Source of the DNA: Octopus vulgaris
Taxonomy: Eukaryota
DNA: 64,000 nt
NCBI GenBank assembly: GCA_951406725.2
Contig: OX597822.1
Span: forward strand, 115,010,001 to 115,074,000
Direction of reading: 5' to 3'
The notes under the pieces are model-generated. The model had not been told where the DNA came from, ran no database searches, and saw nothing but the letters and a program-made list of their open reading frames with translations. Made by a program: the position numbers and the translations under genes. The stretch's first letter is position 1, and each line of letters begins with the position of its first letter. Below are positions 1 through 11,335 of the stretch, in pieces.

Positions 1-250
1 TTTGCCGAACCACTTAGTTATGGGGACGTAAACACACCAGCATCGGTTGTCAAGCGATATCGGTAGGGACAAACACAGATACACAACCATACATATTTAT
101 ATACGACGGGCTTCTTTCAGTTTCCGTCTACCAAATCTACTCAAAAGGCTTCGGTCAGCCTGAGGCTACAGTAGAAGACACTTGCCCAAGGCGCCATGCA
201 GTGGGATTGAACCCGGAACCATCTAGTTGGGAAGCAAGCTTCTTATCACT
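1..250 (-). mobile_element. tRNA-derived SINE, family S1 (partial)
   Basis: Reverse complement matches the S1 copies at 18778 and 58779 (GGTTCCGGGTTCAATCCCACTGC..CCTTGGGCAAGTGTCTTCTACT..GGTAGACGGAAACTGAAAGAAGCCCGTCG). Confidence 0.85.
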
Positions 251-254
251 GTAC

Positions 255-420
255 AGAAAACAAACATAAAGACAGCTGAGGGAACAAGCAGGTGCATTAG
301 TTCGACATTCGGGAAGAATGGAAAAGTCTTTCACGTTTATGGCCATTGCTCTTCGACAGAAAGGGATGAGAGGAAAAAATATATAGAGAAAAAACGGAGA
401 GAGCAAAAAAATGTGTGGGG
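255..420 (-). mobile_element. short hammerhead-bearing repeat, family H2 (degenerate copy)
   Basis: Minus strand CTTT-CTGTCGA-A-GAGCAATGGCCA-TAAACGTG-AAAGACTTTT, homologous to 9930-10080 and 20632-20790. Confidence 0.6.
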
Positions 421-647
421 ATTAACGGTTTAACATGATGAAATGACCGGAAGAAAGAAGCTGAGTAAGGGGGAGATAATTGTGATCCGGCTGGGGTGCA
501 CAAGTGCATGTGTGTATGTAAGAATTGTGTGTGTGTGTGAACGGGGTGAGCGCATGAAAATGTATGCGCAGGTGAGCTAAGAATTATGTGAATCTGTGTT
601 CGGGCATCAGAGAGAGTACATGTATGTGTGTGTATGTATGTGTGTGA

Positions 648-682
<35 letters not shown>

Positions 683-929
683 CGTGTGTATGTGTATGTG
701 TGTGTGCGTGTGTGCGTGTGTGTATGCGTAAGCTAACTAGCAAGTGAGTTGTGTAGAATGGTGTATGAGAGTATGAGAGGCTGTGTATAACACATACACA
801 CACACACACACACTCACGTACAATTAAAAAGGTAGCTAAACACAAGTAGGCTTCATAGGTGTATTTACATACAATACAAAATAAAGAAAACAAAATATGC
901 AAGAGAAATTATATAATAGTCTTTGCTTG

Positions 930-1612
930 AGAGTTGGCAATGAAATGCAATCGGCTGACCGGATGAATTCTTAGAACTTTTAAAACGAGAGATCAAGAAA
1001 CCATGATGATCCTCTGAAGGGCATCTGTCCAAGTCGATTTGACTATTGCTCCCAGCTATGGTCAACAACCAATGTCTAATTAATTGCAGAACTTGAGGCA
1101 ATCCAACGAAGTTACACAAAGAAGAAGATAGCTTCTATACAGCATATAAGCTACTGGGAAAGACTCAAGAGAATGAGATTCTATTAGCTAGAGCGAAGGC
1201 AGGAAAGATATGCCGTAAAATGCGTCTGGAAAATCCTAGAGGGACTTGTCCAAAACTTTGGCATTGAGAATTACACTAACACTAGAACAGGGCGTCACTA
1301 CATAGTGCCAAAGACTCCAATTTGCTATGAGAATAATGGGACAAGATATTGCAATATCCTTGGCTTTAAAGGTTCACAGCTCTTCAATATCCCGCCGAAG
1401 GACCTTTGAGACTTACATGGGGTGGATGTAGATGCCATCAAAACAAAACTAGATCTTTTACTGTCAAGAGTCGCAAATGAGCCAACTTCACAGCAGGAAG
1501 TGCAAATGAGGGCAGCAGCGTCAAACTCCCTCATGCACCAAATGTTATGTTCTAAAATGAATTAGTGAAGTAAAAAGTAGGTAGCAACACCAGATGGTGG
1601 TGTCCCAGCATG
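930..1612 (+). mobile_element. CR1-type LINE 3' remnant (decayed ORF2 C-terminus and tail)
   Basis: Translates with frameshifts to FDYCSQLWS..ELEAIQRSYTK..SYWERLKRMRFY.LERRQERY..WKILEG, then GSQLFNIP..KTKLDLLLSRVANEP. Same family at 26165-27420 (-). Confidence 0.8.
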
Positions 1613-1631
1613 ATATGCATACATACATACA

Positions 1632-1667
<36 letters not shown>

Positions 1668-1671
1668 TAGA

Positions 1672-1984
1672 AGTAGATAAAAGGTACAACAAGGCACCAA
1701 TATTTACTGGGAAATATCAATCGTAATAAATACGACGCTGTTGTATAGCTTCACTGCGTATATACAAGCAAAGACGTGTGTGTGCAACAATAATGAAAAA
1801 AAATTTGTCTTACTTCTAGGAAGAACATCTGATAAATGGACAACCTAGAATCGGATAATGCAGGACCGGTTTCTGACTCTTCAAATACGTTTGACAACGT
1901 AAATTTGATTAGTCTTCATCAGCTGCATTTACCTAGACAAAATTTCAAATGTTGCCACATCTATGCCAGTATACTCGTCTGAAC
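1672..1984 (-). mobile_element. short hammerhead-bearing repeat, family H1
   Basis: Near-identical reverse complement of 17830-18142; 3' end abuts a (TA)/(TACA) microsatellite. Confidence 0.8.
1857..1929 (-). ncRNA. type I hammerhead ribozyme motif (minimal stem III)
   Basis: AATGCAG-CTGATGA-A-GACT..AGTC-A-GAAA-CCGG-TC-CTGCATT on the minus strand, identical to 17885-17957. Confidence 0.75.
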
Positions 1985-3300
1985 CCCAAAACTTCAATTG
2001 AAGAATTATACTTTTCTGTTATATTTGCTGTAATGAACTGGAATATCTATGTTTCGAATTTCATCAAAATTGCAGATGAGGGTTATTTCCCTCTTTACAC
2101 ACCCTAAAAAAATTGTAATCGTGCCACATGTATCCTATACTACTGATTTTTATGCGCATATTCCAAAATTCCAGTCTTAAAGAACCTGTTAAAAAGATTT
2201 TGCTCCTGAAAAATGAAGGTCATGGAGCTCTAAAATGTGAGAGTTAAGGCCCCTGTTGGGGGTGGTCATCTTAATGTCAACCAGAGAAGTTGAATTGTTG
2301 AGAATCTTTTTAACTTGGGTCTTATATCTATTGTTTGAATTTCTTTGAAATAGGAAATATATGTTCACTGGTTTGTAAAAGAGAGCAAAGCTACAGGAAA
2401 CCAAAAGACGAATGATCACAATAAGCAGTCAGTTACCCTACCCTAGTCGTTACCACTCCCAATGTAGCATTCCTCACCATCCAGGTGACAGGCACAACCG
2501 TAAGATGCATTACGAATCTATAGCAATTGGAAGGGCGTGACCCAACTGAAATCAACATTAACAACTGTGTGACGTGAGGGCTTAGGAGAAATTAAAGTGT
2601 CACCTCTGGAGTCTGCAAATGACCACTATACTGATACGTAACTGGACAAAATAAATTTACAATCTATAAATGTCTTTGAATAACCAGTCACTCATCTGGG
2701 AAGGCTTTGAAATCAATGTTACCATCTGGGGACTATGTGTGACGGAGTGATAATAAAAAAAACTGAAAGGAGGTGTGCAATCAAATAACTTTACTCAACA
2801 CTTTGCAACTGAATCAGTGGAGGCAAAGATGCCTCTCATTTACTTGACAGTTTTTGCACCATATTACAAAAATCACAATGTAAATGTATGTCAAAACAAA
2901 CTGTTACACTGTTGTACCATTGAATTAGAAATAATGCCCAACTTTTATGCTCGGGTAACCCTACAGCTTCCAAGAGCACAACTATATTCGTTTTTGCTTA
3001 GATAAAATGACAAAATTGTGGGTGTTAAGTCCCCATGGAGGGGTCTTTCTAACTTTGTAAGAAGATGACATTTTATAAATATTACTTCATTTGTGTCTAA
3101 TATCTATGGTTAAAATTTCATCAACAGCAAAACTATATGAATTGTCATGGGGGTTATGTCCCTTATGCATAGAATATAATTTCCAAATTTCCTAAAGATC
3201 CATTCAGTACTTTTGACCTAGTTTTGGATCATAAAAGAAATGACTAAAATTTGAGAGTTAAGGCTCCCATTAGGGTGTTTTATACACACATACACACACA

Positions 3301-3357
<57 letters not shown>

Positions 3358-3627
3358 AGATATAGATATAGATACAAACACACACACACACACACACACA
3401 TACAAAGATAAATTGATAGATACAACTGAGTGAGCAAACAAAAATATGAGACACAGCCTAGTGCTTTTTTTTATGTTGATAAGCCTGGTACTTATTCTAT
3501 TAGCTTGTTCTTGTGAAACCAGTAAGTTATGTGAATGTAAATAAATGAACAGCAGTTCATATGTATACATACATATATATATACGATTGATTTGTTTCAG
3601 TTCCTGTCTATGAAATCCATATATATT

Positions 3628-4290
3628 ATTGTTGGCATCCTTTTTGTCTCGGGAGACAATGGAGTTGCGCATAAAATAATCTAGTCCGGCTTTTACATTT
3701 CATGTCCTAATACATCTCCTGCTGTGGCTGTGTAGTCCTATCCTGGACAAACACTCCTCTGGCAGGTGCCGCAAATGTAGCGAAGGCTTAGCCTGGCTGG
3801 TTGTAATGTCATAGTTTCTTGTTGACGTATTTTCTTGTCTTTTCTTTTCTCCTCTCTCTCTATGTCACTCCTTTGTTTTCTTTCTTTTATGGTACGTCGC
3901 CAATCTCCACGGTTGCTGGCAACTGCTTCCCAGTTGGTAATATTGATGTTGCAGGCATTCATTTCCCTTTTGCAAACATCCTTGTATCGAAAGAACGGTC
4001 TTCCCACAGACCTAGTGTCCCCTAGCAAGCTCTCCGTTGAGTATGTCCTTGGGGATTCTGCCATCTTCCATACAGCTAACATGTCCAAGCCATCTCATAC
4101 GTCTTTGTGTGAGGAGTGCAAACATGCTTGGTATCTTTGTTGGGGACATGATTCTGCCATGTGATGCGAAGGATTTTCCGGAGGCATCGCAGGTGAAAGA
4201 TATTTAGGTGACGCTCTTGGCGTGTGTATGGCGTCCAAGTCTCGCTTCCATACAGTAGAGTGCTAAGTACACATGCTGCATGGGCCCCAC
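3628..4290 (-). mobile_element. RTE-clade LINE 3' remnant
   Basis: ACVLSTLLYGSETWTPY..FHLRCLRKILRITWQ, GRPFFRYKDVCKREM..WEAVASNRGDWR and C-terminal YICGTCQR, which are typical RTE ORF2 C-terminal motifs; frameshifted. Confidence 0.85.
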
Positions 4291-4335
4291 TTCTCATGCA
4301 GTACCATTTGAACATTTGTACACATAGTCACTATC

Positions 4336-5956
4336 TTTTTTTTTTCTTAATTATCGTTTTTTTCCCAAAACTTTGTCCTTTCTTTTTTCCCTCTCTTTTT
4401 TTTAAACAATTAATTTTACTTTTTTTTCCTCTTTAACGCCTCATGTAAGGCTCCAGTTCTAACAGGTCGATTACTGGTGGCAGCTCGTTGAACTCCACCA
4501 GTGCTCCGGCTGGGTCAATTCTATCCCCGGACATGCCCCTAAGTTTCTTATAGGTTTCCCTATCGACCACAATGGCCTTCACACTCTCTGGGTATACGTC
4601 GTTTGGAAACTTTACTCTTATAATGTGCTCGAACTTTAAGATTGTTTTCTCCACCTCCTTGTTCTTGGAATAGGTCACGAAATTCCATTTGTTCCTGCCT
4701 CCTCTCGGTTTTCTCTTTTCTTCCTCCACTACCCTTCCTATTATAGATTCCTCTATACTCTTCTCTGAGACTGGGACCTACTCTTTCTTCGTCTCTGCTG
4801 TAACCAGTTTCTCCATTTCGTCCTCTTGTAGTTGAATTCCTGAGTCTTCCGTCAATTTACCTATCATCTTCATATTTGTTTCCTCCTTCTCTGACTCTTT
4901 TTCACACATCTTCTCAATTATTTTTTCCTTTTCCTTTTCCGTCTCACTTTTATCGTCTTTCTTTCTCGTTACCTTTTTCTTTTCCATTTCTTCGTTTTCT
5001 GATTAGTCGGTGGTGGGCTTACCCTACTGCTCCTCCTTCTTCTTCTTTCCACTAGTGTGAATTCTTCTACCACTGTTGTCTCATTATTCTCGCCTCTTAC
5101 TGCCTGTTCGACATTTTCTTGAATTTTTCTCTGTTGTTTCTGTGGACATCTCGCCTTCATGTGTCCCTTTTCACCACATTCAAAACACACAGGTGGTCTG
5201 CCCTCCACCTTCATTCTTAGTGAGAAACCGTCAGGCAACACTATCTCCTCGGTTATTCTATTGAGGTCTTCTACTGTTGTTCTGGTGGCCTTCAATATTC
5301 TGGCTCCGTCCTTCATGTTATACATAATGGCTGTCAGCTCAGGGGGCACTTGTCCCACCCGAACTCTCGCCACACGTTTTCCGCAATACGATGGCAAAAG
5401 AATCCATTCTCCCGAACGAATTGCCTCCGTCGCATGTCTTATTACTTCCTCCTCCGATATAAATCGCACATCCACAGTGGCAAACCTTCTGCCTCTCGTT
5501 CTGAAGGTTATAAACTTTTTAATGCCTTCCAGCACTTTTTCAATTTCCTCTCCTGCTGCTATTTCTATTTTCCCTGTGGCGACCTTCTTGGTCTTGTAGG
5601 TCACCGTTTTCTTTATTCCGCTGTTCGTCAGCTCTTCAGGTGTCGTTAACTTTATCGTTTCACCCTCCTTCTTTATCAGCTTCTCGCAAGCTTTCATTTT
5701 CTTGGCTTCGACTTTTATTTCAAAGGTCTCTAATGTTCTTTCCTCTGCTCCTCTTCCGGTTGCGGCTGCATAGCTGTGTCCACCCGCTGGCGGCTTCTTC
5801 ATTTTCCTCAACGGGAAAGTTTAACAACACAAAAATTAACGGTATAACAAACGGAGTTAACAGCGATATCAACGAACAGCAATAATCAACAATAAATTCT
5901 ACTCACAATGACAACTCAACTTCAATAACTCAACTTCAACGACTCAACTTCAGATG
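4336..5956 (-). mobile_element. ORF1-only non-LTR element, copy A (L1/Tx1-type ORF1, HAL1-like)
   Basis: ORFs 4969-5811, 4778-4987 and 4433-4729 form one frameshifted frame containing VEGRPPVCFECGEKGHMKARCP (CX2CX4HX4C). It ends in an A-rich tail near 4336-4400 with no RT or endonuclease motifs. Confidence 0.7.
4433..5811 (-). pseudogene. gag-like ORF1 zinc-knuckle protein (disrupted)
   Basis: RTRGRRFATVDVRF..LLPSYCGKRVARVRVGQVPPE..EGRPPVCFECGEKGHMKARCP, then a Lys/Glu-rich region and a C-terminal globular segment. Confidence 0.7.
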
Positions 5957-5978
5957 AAAGCAATTACACACAGGTTCC

Positions 5979-7651
5979 TTTTTCTTTATTACCCACAAAG
6001 GGCTACACACAGGGGACAATACAAACATTGGGGGCATAAAACATCACAATTACACAAAGTATGAATAAATGAAATATGAAAATGAAAAATGAAAGTGATG
6101 CTAACGGCCCCATCTGCTAGCATCACTTACCTGTCCTTCTTCCTTAATCCGGAATGAAATGCATATAATCCTCCAGTTTAGAATTATATCTCCTTTCCAG
6201 TTCAGACAATCTTCCCATCTTCAATTTTATATCTAACCAGTTTATAGTTTCTCCTTGCACATTCTTCCCCAAGTTCCTTTAATAGGTTTCCGGAATTACC
6301 GCGTACATTACCCCCACCCTGTCCCAACAGTCATTCCATTTTACTTTCCCCCAGTCTTTTATTATTTCCCTTACATCTTCTGTGTTCCAAATACCAAGTA
6401 TATTGGGCCTAGGATTTTTAGAGTTATGCTGTGTGTTTGCTTCTTTTTTGTTTTCTTGTTGGTGGGGAGCGGGTGGGTTAACTGTCTGCAGGGGAAGGGT
6501 GGGCCTCAGAGGGTGCGAGTGGTGTTGGGGTGGATTAGGGGTTCAGGACGATTCACTTTTCTCCTTCTCCTCCTTCTTTTGCCGTCTTCCCATTCTTTTG
6601 GTACTTTTTCCTCTTCCGTTGTATTCTGCTCCGTTGTATTCTGCCCCTCCTCGGTGGTCACTACTTCTCTTTGAGGTTCCAAACTTATTTCCTTTGATGG
6701 GTGAGGGCAGTTAGCTCTTATGTGACCTTTCAGGCCACACTTGTAGCAGTGCGGAGCTCTGCCTTCCACCCACACTCACATAAAAATATTTCCTATTTTG
6801 ATACTCTCTGCCAGTTGATCCAATATTTCGGCTTCCGCTTGCTCGTTCATTTCGAGAACTGCACCCTTCCAGCCTCCTTCATCCTTCACCGTGGCATGGA
6901 GAATGTATACTTCCTCCTCGCATCCAATGATGATTACTGCCACGATCCACTCGCCATCGATATTGGGAGGTATTCCCTCCTCGCTGATCCGGGTTGTCAT
7001 TCTACCCAGATACGGGGGCAGAAGGAACACCTTTCTGTCCTCACAGTCCCCGCCGCCATTCTTCTCGCTACACTTTCGTTCTCAAACTGGACCACTACGG
7101 TACCGAAAATTACACCTCTTGCCAGGAATACAATTTCTTCTTCAGTACTTTTCAGCGCCTCTTCGATTACCTCCATTCCGACTACTTCTATTTTTCGTTT
7201 TTCGTTAGCATAAACTCGGTACGTGATGGTCTTTCGTTCGTGCCATTCTCTTCTCTTTTGTGGCGGTGACAATTCCACTTCATCACTGACCTTTTTTACG
7301 AAAGCCTGATAGCTTGGCAACTTGGCCAAGTCTATTTCCTTCTCTATCGACCTTGTTGCTCGCGCGTATGTTGTTCCTAATTATTTGTCCATTTTCTTTA
7401 CAGCCCTTTCAAGCTCCTCTTCAGAGGTCGACAAATCCGACACAGTGAGACCTTCAAACATGTTTCCTCTTGCCATCTCTCCTTTTGGGAGGGGCAGACC
7501 GCTTCTTCCTTGTCTGTCTCTACACAGACAGACAAAAATCCAAAAATCGTTTAACAATAACGTTCAACGATAAAAATTAACAAATCAACAATTTAACCAA
7601 ATCAGCTACTCACAGGTTCAAAATAACGCAGTTCCAATTCGACTTCGCCGC
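5979..7651 (-). mobile_element. ORF1-only non-LTR element, copy B, with a 22-bp flanking direct repeat
   Basis: AAAGCAATTACACACAGGTTCC at 5957-5978 and 7652-7673. Minus-strand 3' end GTGGGTAATAAAGAAAAA. Frameshifted ORF from ATG 7476 (MARGNMFEG..) to VEGRAPHCYKCGLKGHIRANCP. Confidence 0.8.
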
Positions 7652-8253
7652 AAAGCAATTACACACAGGTTCCAAAAAACGACTACAGTCAAACTTCATA
7701 TAGATACTTTATGCTAGCTAATTTGCAGATGATCTAATGTAAAACCCGAGGTAAAGGGTATGTGCACAGCACCATCTGGACTATTCCATTTCTGCACTTT
7801 AATTTTATTTTTAATTTATTCCCATTCATGTGAAACCACTTATTCAAGTTCGAGTCATTGATGCAATTTTATACCAATTGCTACTTTTACTTTTAATTGT
7901 TATGTTACGATTTAATTATTGTATTATACTTTAGTTTGATTTTAATTATTACTTACTACATATAATTCAATTGTTATTATTATCTCTAATTTTTATTGTT
8001 AAAGTGAAAGTATCTGACATAAAAAAGAGAGATGTTTTTGTTTCACTTTTAACACGTAATACTGAAATAGTGGAGAAGATATGATATTGCTATGGGCAAG
8101 ATATGATATTGCTATGGGCAAGAAGTTGAACACTTTTTTTTGCCCATGACACTACATGGACCCCAAATAATGCATGTGTAAAGTTTGAATGAAATTGGTT
8201 GTGTAGTTCTCAAGTTTTAGGGAAACAGACAGACAGACAGACACACATTCTCA

Positions 8254-8270
<17 letters not shown>
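7652..8270 (-). mobile_element. Helitron-like element, 5' part
   Basis: Minus strand begins (TA)nAAAACTGAGAATGTGTGTCTGTCTGTCTG..AGAACTACACAACCAATTTCATTCAAACTTTACAC, the same style as the Helitron 5' ends at 10628 and 37230. Homologous to 45461-46057. Confidence 0.65.
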
Positions 8271-8303
<33 letters not shown>

Positions 8304-8602
8304 GCACTTTAATATCTAGCTGCACGACAAATAACTAGTAATTAGATCGTCGTGTAAATTCCTCTATGTTACAATCAGAGACGTGAATGAGCCCATATCA
8401 CAGACCTCGTATAATTTTGGTTGGAATCTGCAGTTGGGTGAATCACAGAGAGCATAAAGCATACAAAGCAGGGCATGTTGTTTCTTCTATTTCCCTTTGA
8501 TTTCCTGAAAAAAGGGGTCCTAAGCCCGAAATATCAAAATACATGATAAAAGTACAAACCATCGACTTATATTATATCATATGACTTACTTTACAACATT
8601 TA

Positions 8603-8644
<42 letters not shown>

Positions 8645-8654
8645 GCACAGACAC

Positions 8655-8820
8655 ATTTCGTTTTTGTATTTCGTTTGCAAGATTCTTAAGAGCCAACGAA
8701 ATGGTTGCAAGACAAAACGAAAATTTTAGAAAACATAAATAAGTAAATGGGTGGAAATCGAACCGGTGAGTGTGTTAAATAATAAGGAACTAAAAAAAAT
8801 GACTTTCCCCATACACTATG
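8655..8820. mobile_element. fragment of the MITE family at 21738-22049
   Basis: GGTTGCAAG..AACGAAAATTTT..AAATGGGTGGAAATCGAACCGGTGAGTGTGTTA matches the right arm 21925-22040. Confidence 0.6.
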
Positions 8821-9110
8821 TGTATGTATATATATGTGTGTGTGTGCGTGTATATATATATATGAGTGTGTATGTATGTACGTGCGTGCGCGTATGAGTC
8901 TGTGTGAGAGAGAGAGGGAGGGAGGGAGTCTAATTTGAATAGGTTCTATTTACTTGGGGATCTGGTCATCGAAAGAGGTCTCCAGATGAAGAAAGCTTTT
9001 ATTATATCTGTTTATATATGTATGTGTGTCCCTGTAGGCATATATATATACATACATATATATATAAAGCTGTTTAGAGTAGATATTAAATCTTGATCTT
9101 AGCGATAAGA

Positions 9111-9160
<50 letters not shown>

Positions 9161-9266
9161 TGTGGTGCGTGTGTGAGAGAGAGAGCGAGAGACAGTGTAT
9201 GTTTGTGTGTGTGTGTGTGTGTGTGTGTTTATGTACGGGTGCATGCTCGTGGGATTTAGGCATGTG

Positions 9267-9301
<35 letters not shown>

Positions 9302-9405
9302 TAATGGGTGTGTATGTATATTTGTGCACGTATTTCCTTGTTTCGACCTTAATTTAACATACAAGGAAGATAAAGAGGATAAAGAGACTCGTTCTACTTT
9401 AGGTG

Positions 9406-9447
<42 letters not shown>

Positions 9448-9852
9448 TGAGTGAGGGAGAGGGAGAGGGAGAGAGAGAGAAGTGTTGGGGAAAGTGGAAG
9501 AAGAGAAAGATGCTGAAATAAAGCTAGAATACTTATTAGTGCTTGTTCTAATTATTATCTAATAACTAAAGAAATATTTGTTTTGGAAATATATATCTCC
9601 ATAAAGTGCAGACAGGGCACCATTGAATGACATATGCAACCCCTGGGGTGATCTTAAATATTGCTATGAGGCTATATACAAAAGATTGAATAGCTGGTTA
9701 TCAGTTTCGTAGTGTTTTACAGGATAATGTTAATGAAGTCGTTCTGAAAGTCCTTAGTTGAACTAAAGCTTCCTATTTGGCTGAGCTGAAGAACCACTTA
9801 ACTCCATAGCAGTGTGAATCGGTGCCTTTCAGATGCAAACATAGAAACAGCC

Positions 9853-9929
<77 letters not shown>

Positions 9930-9930
<1 letters not shown>

Positions 9931-10078
9931 CTCCACATCTTTCTTTCTGCGTTCCTTTCTGTGGAAGAGATTAGGCTCGAAACGTTAAAGACTTTTTCAG
10001 TTCCCGAGCGTTATACTAATACATCTGTTTATTTTCTACACCACCTGTTTTCGTTTTTTTCTTTTCGTGAATTCTCCC

Positions 10079-10080
<2 letters not shown>
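9930..10080 (+). mobile_element. short hammerhead-bearing repeat, family H2
   Basis: CTTT-CTGTGGA-A-GAGATTAGGCTC-GAAACGTT-AAAG (9955-9990) followed by the family 3' segment; both ends lie in (TA)n. Confidence 0.7.
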
Positions 10081-10160
<80 letters not shown>

Positions 10161-10194
10161 GTGCACGTACAATTATAAGTACACACACATAAAC

Positions 10195-10515
10195 AGGGCG
10201 CATGGCTCAGTGGTTAGAGCGTCGGGCTCACAATCATGAGGTAGTAAATTTGGTTCCCAGACCGGTTGTGTGTTGTGTTCTTGAGCAAGACACTTTACTT
10301 CACAGCGCTCCAGTTCACTCAGCTGCAGGAAAGAGTTGTGACGTCACTGGTGCCAAAGTGCATTAGTTTTTGCTTTCCTTTGGATAACATTGGTTGCGTG
10401 GATAGGGGCGGTTGGTATGCATGGCCGACTGGTGGTCTTCCATAAACAACCTTACCTGGACTTCTGCCTCGGAGGGGAACTTTCTAGTCACAATCCCATG
10501 GTATTTCATGACCGA
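10195..10515 (+). mobile_element. tRNA-derived SINE, family S3
   Basis: A-box-like TGGCTCAGTGGTTAGAGC, a degenerate B box, central TTGTGTTCTTGAGCAAGACACTTTAC and a CTTTACCCTTTAC tail. Confidence 0.7.
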
Positions 10516-10578
10516 AGGGGATCTTTACCCTTTACACACACACACACACACAGAGAGAGAGGCACGCACACACACACA

Positions 10579-10627
<49 letters not shown>

Positions 10628-10918
10628 TTATATATAAAAGAGAAGTTGTGTATCTGTCTCCTACGATTTAGATTCCTAACTACTCCCACATTTTGCGGTG
10701 CAGTTTAACCAAAACCGGGTATCTTATAGTCGTGATTCATATCGAGCCCTTCTGGGTATTAGCGCGCGTCTACGATGAGTCTACGATTTAAAAAAAAATT
10801 ATCATAATTTTTTTCCATTTTTAATGCATTTTTTTGCTATTTTTTGGCTATAACTCTCTAAAAATGCTTATATAGTTATTTCCCTTACAAACCCGAGCAA
10901 CGCCGGGCGATACTGCTA

Positions 10919-10919
<1 letters not shown>
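10628..10919 (+). mobile_element. non-autonomous Helitron
   Basis: 5' TATATATAAAA..GTGTATCTGTCT, 3' hairpin CCCGAGCAACGCCGGG (10892-10907) and terminal CTAG|T. Second copy at 37230-37615. Confidence 0.85.
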
Positions 10920-10994
<75 letters not shown>

Positions 10995-11296
10995 ATACTG
11001 TTGATGTGTTAAGAATTCATATACTCCTAGAGATTGTAGGATAATTCTGTTTGGAATTTGTTCTCGAAGTACACATAAAGTTATAATAAGAGCATGTAAA
11101 TATCGGGTTGGAAAATCCTTTTCGATGGAATAAGTAGAAGGCTGCCAGTGAGTCTCGAAACCACATCTCCTGTAGACATGACAAGTGTTCACACATTGAG
11201 TGTGAATGTGTGTGTGGGGGCGAGGCGGGAGGATGGGCGCGGCGTGGGTGCGTATGTATATGCATGTGTATGTATATGCATATATATATAACTATA

Positions 11297-11334
<38 letters not shown>

Positions 11335-11335
<1 letters not shown>

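Noticed and set aside
1985-3275. Short shared motifs (AATATCTATG..AATTTCATCAA, GAGAGTTAAGGC) near 2040-2255 and 3098-3270
   Set aside because: Probably an old decayed repeat; too degenerate to classify.
4969-5811. Retroviral/LTR gag or host ZCCHC3-like gene interpretation of the knuckle ORFs
   Set aside because: No LTRs, PBS, protease or integrase; multi-copy and frameshifted, with AATAAA/A tail and a long direct repeat typical of non-LTR insertion.
6004-6013. CCTGTGTGTA shared between copy B's tail and its target repeat
   Set aside because: Only 10 nt of low complexity and absent from copy C's tail.
8498-8542. Hammerhead-like CTGAAAA..GGG..CCC-GAAATATC
   Set aside because: Core G8 is missing and stem I is weak; at most a decayed copy.
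9781-9832. CTGAAGA..CACT/AGTG..GAATCGGTG
   Set aside because: GAAA and the cleavage triplet are not intact and there is no convincing stem I.
10195-10270. tRNA-like heads here and at 18778, 58459 and 58779
   Set aside because: A/B boxes are present but there is no intact cloverleaf, and they continue into SINE bodies; not tRNA genes.
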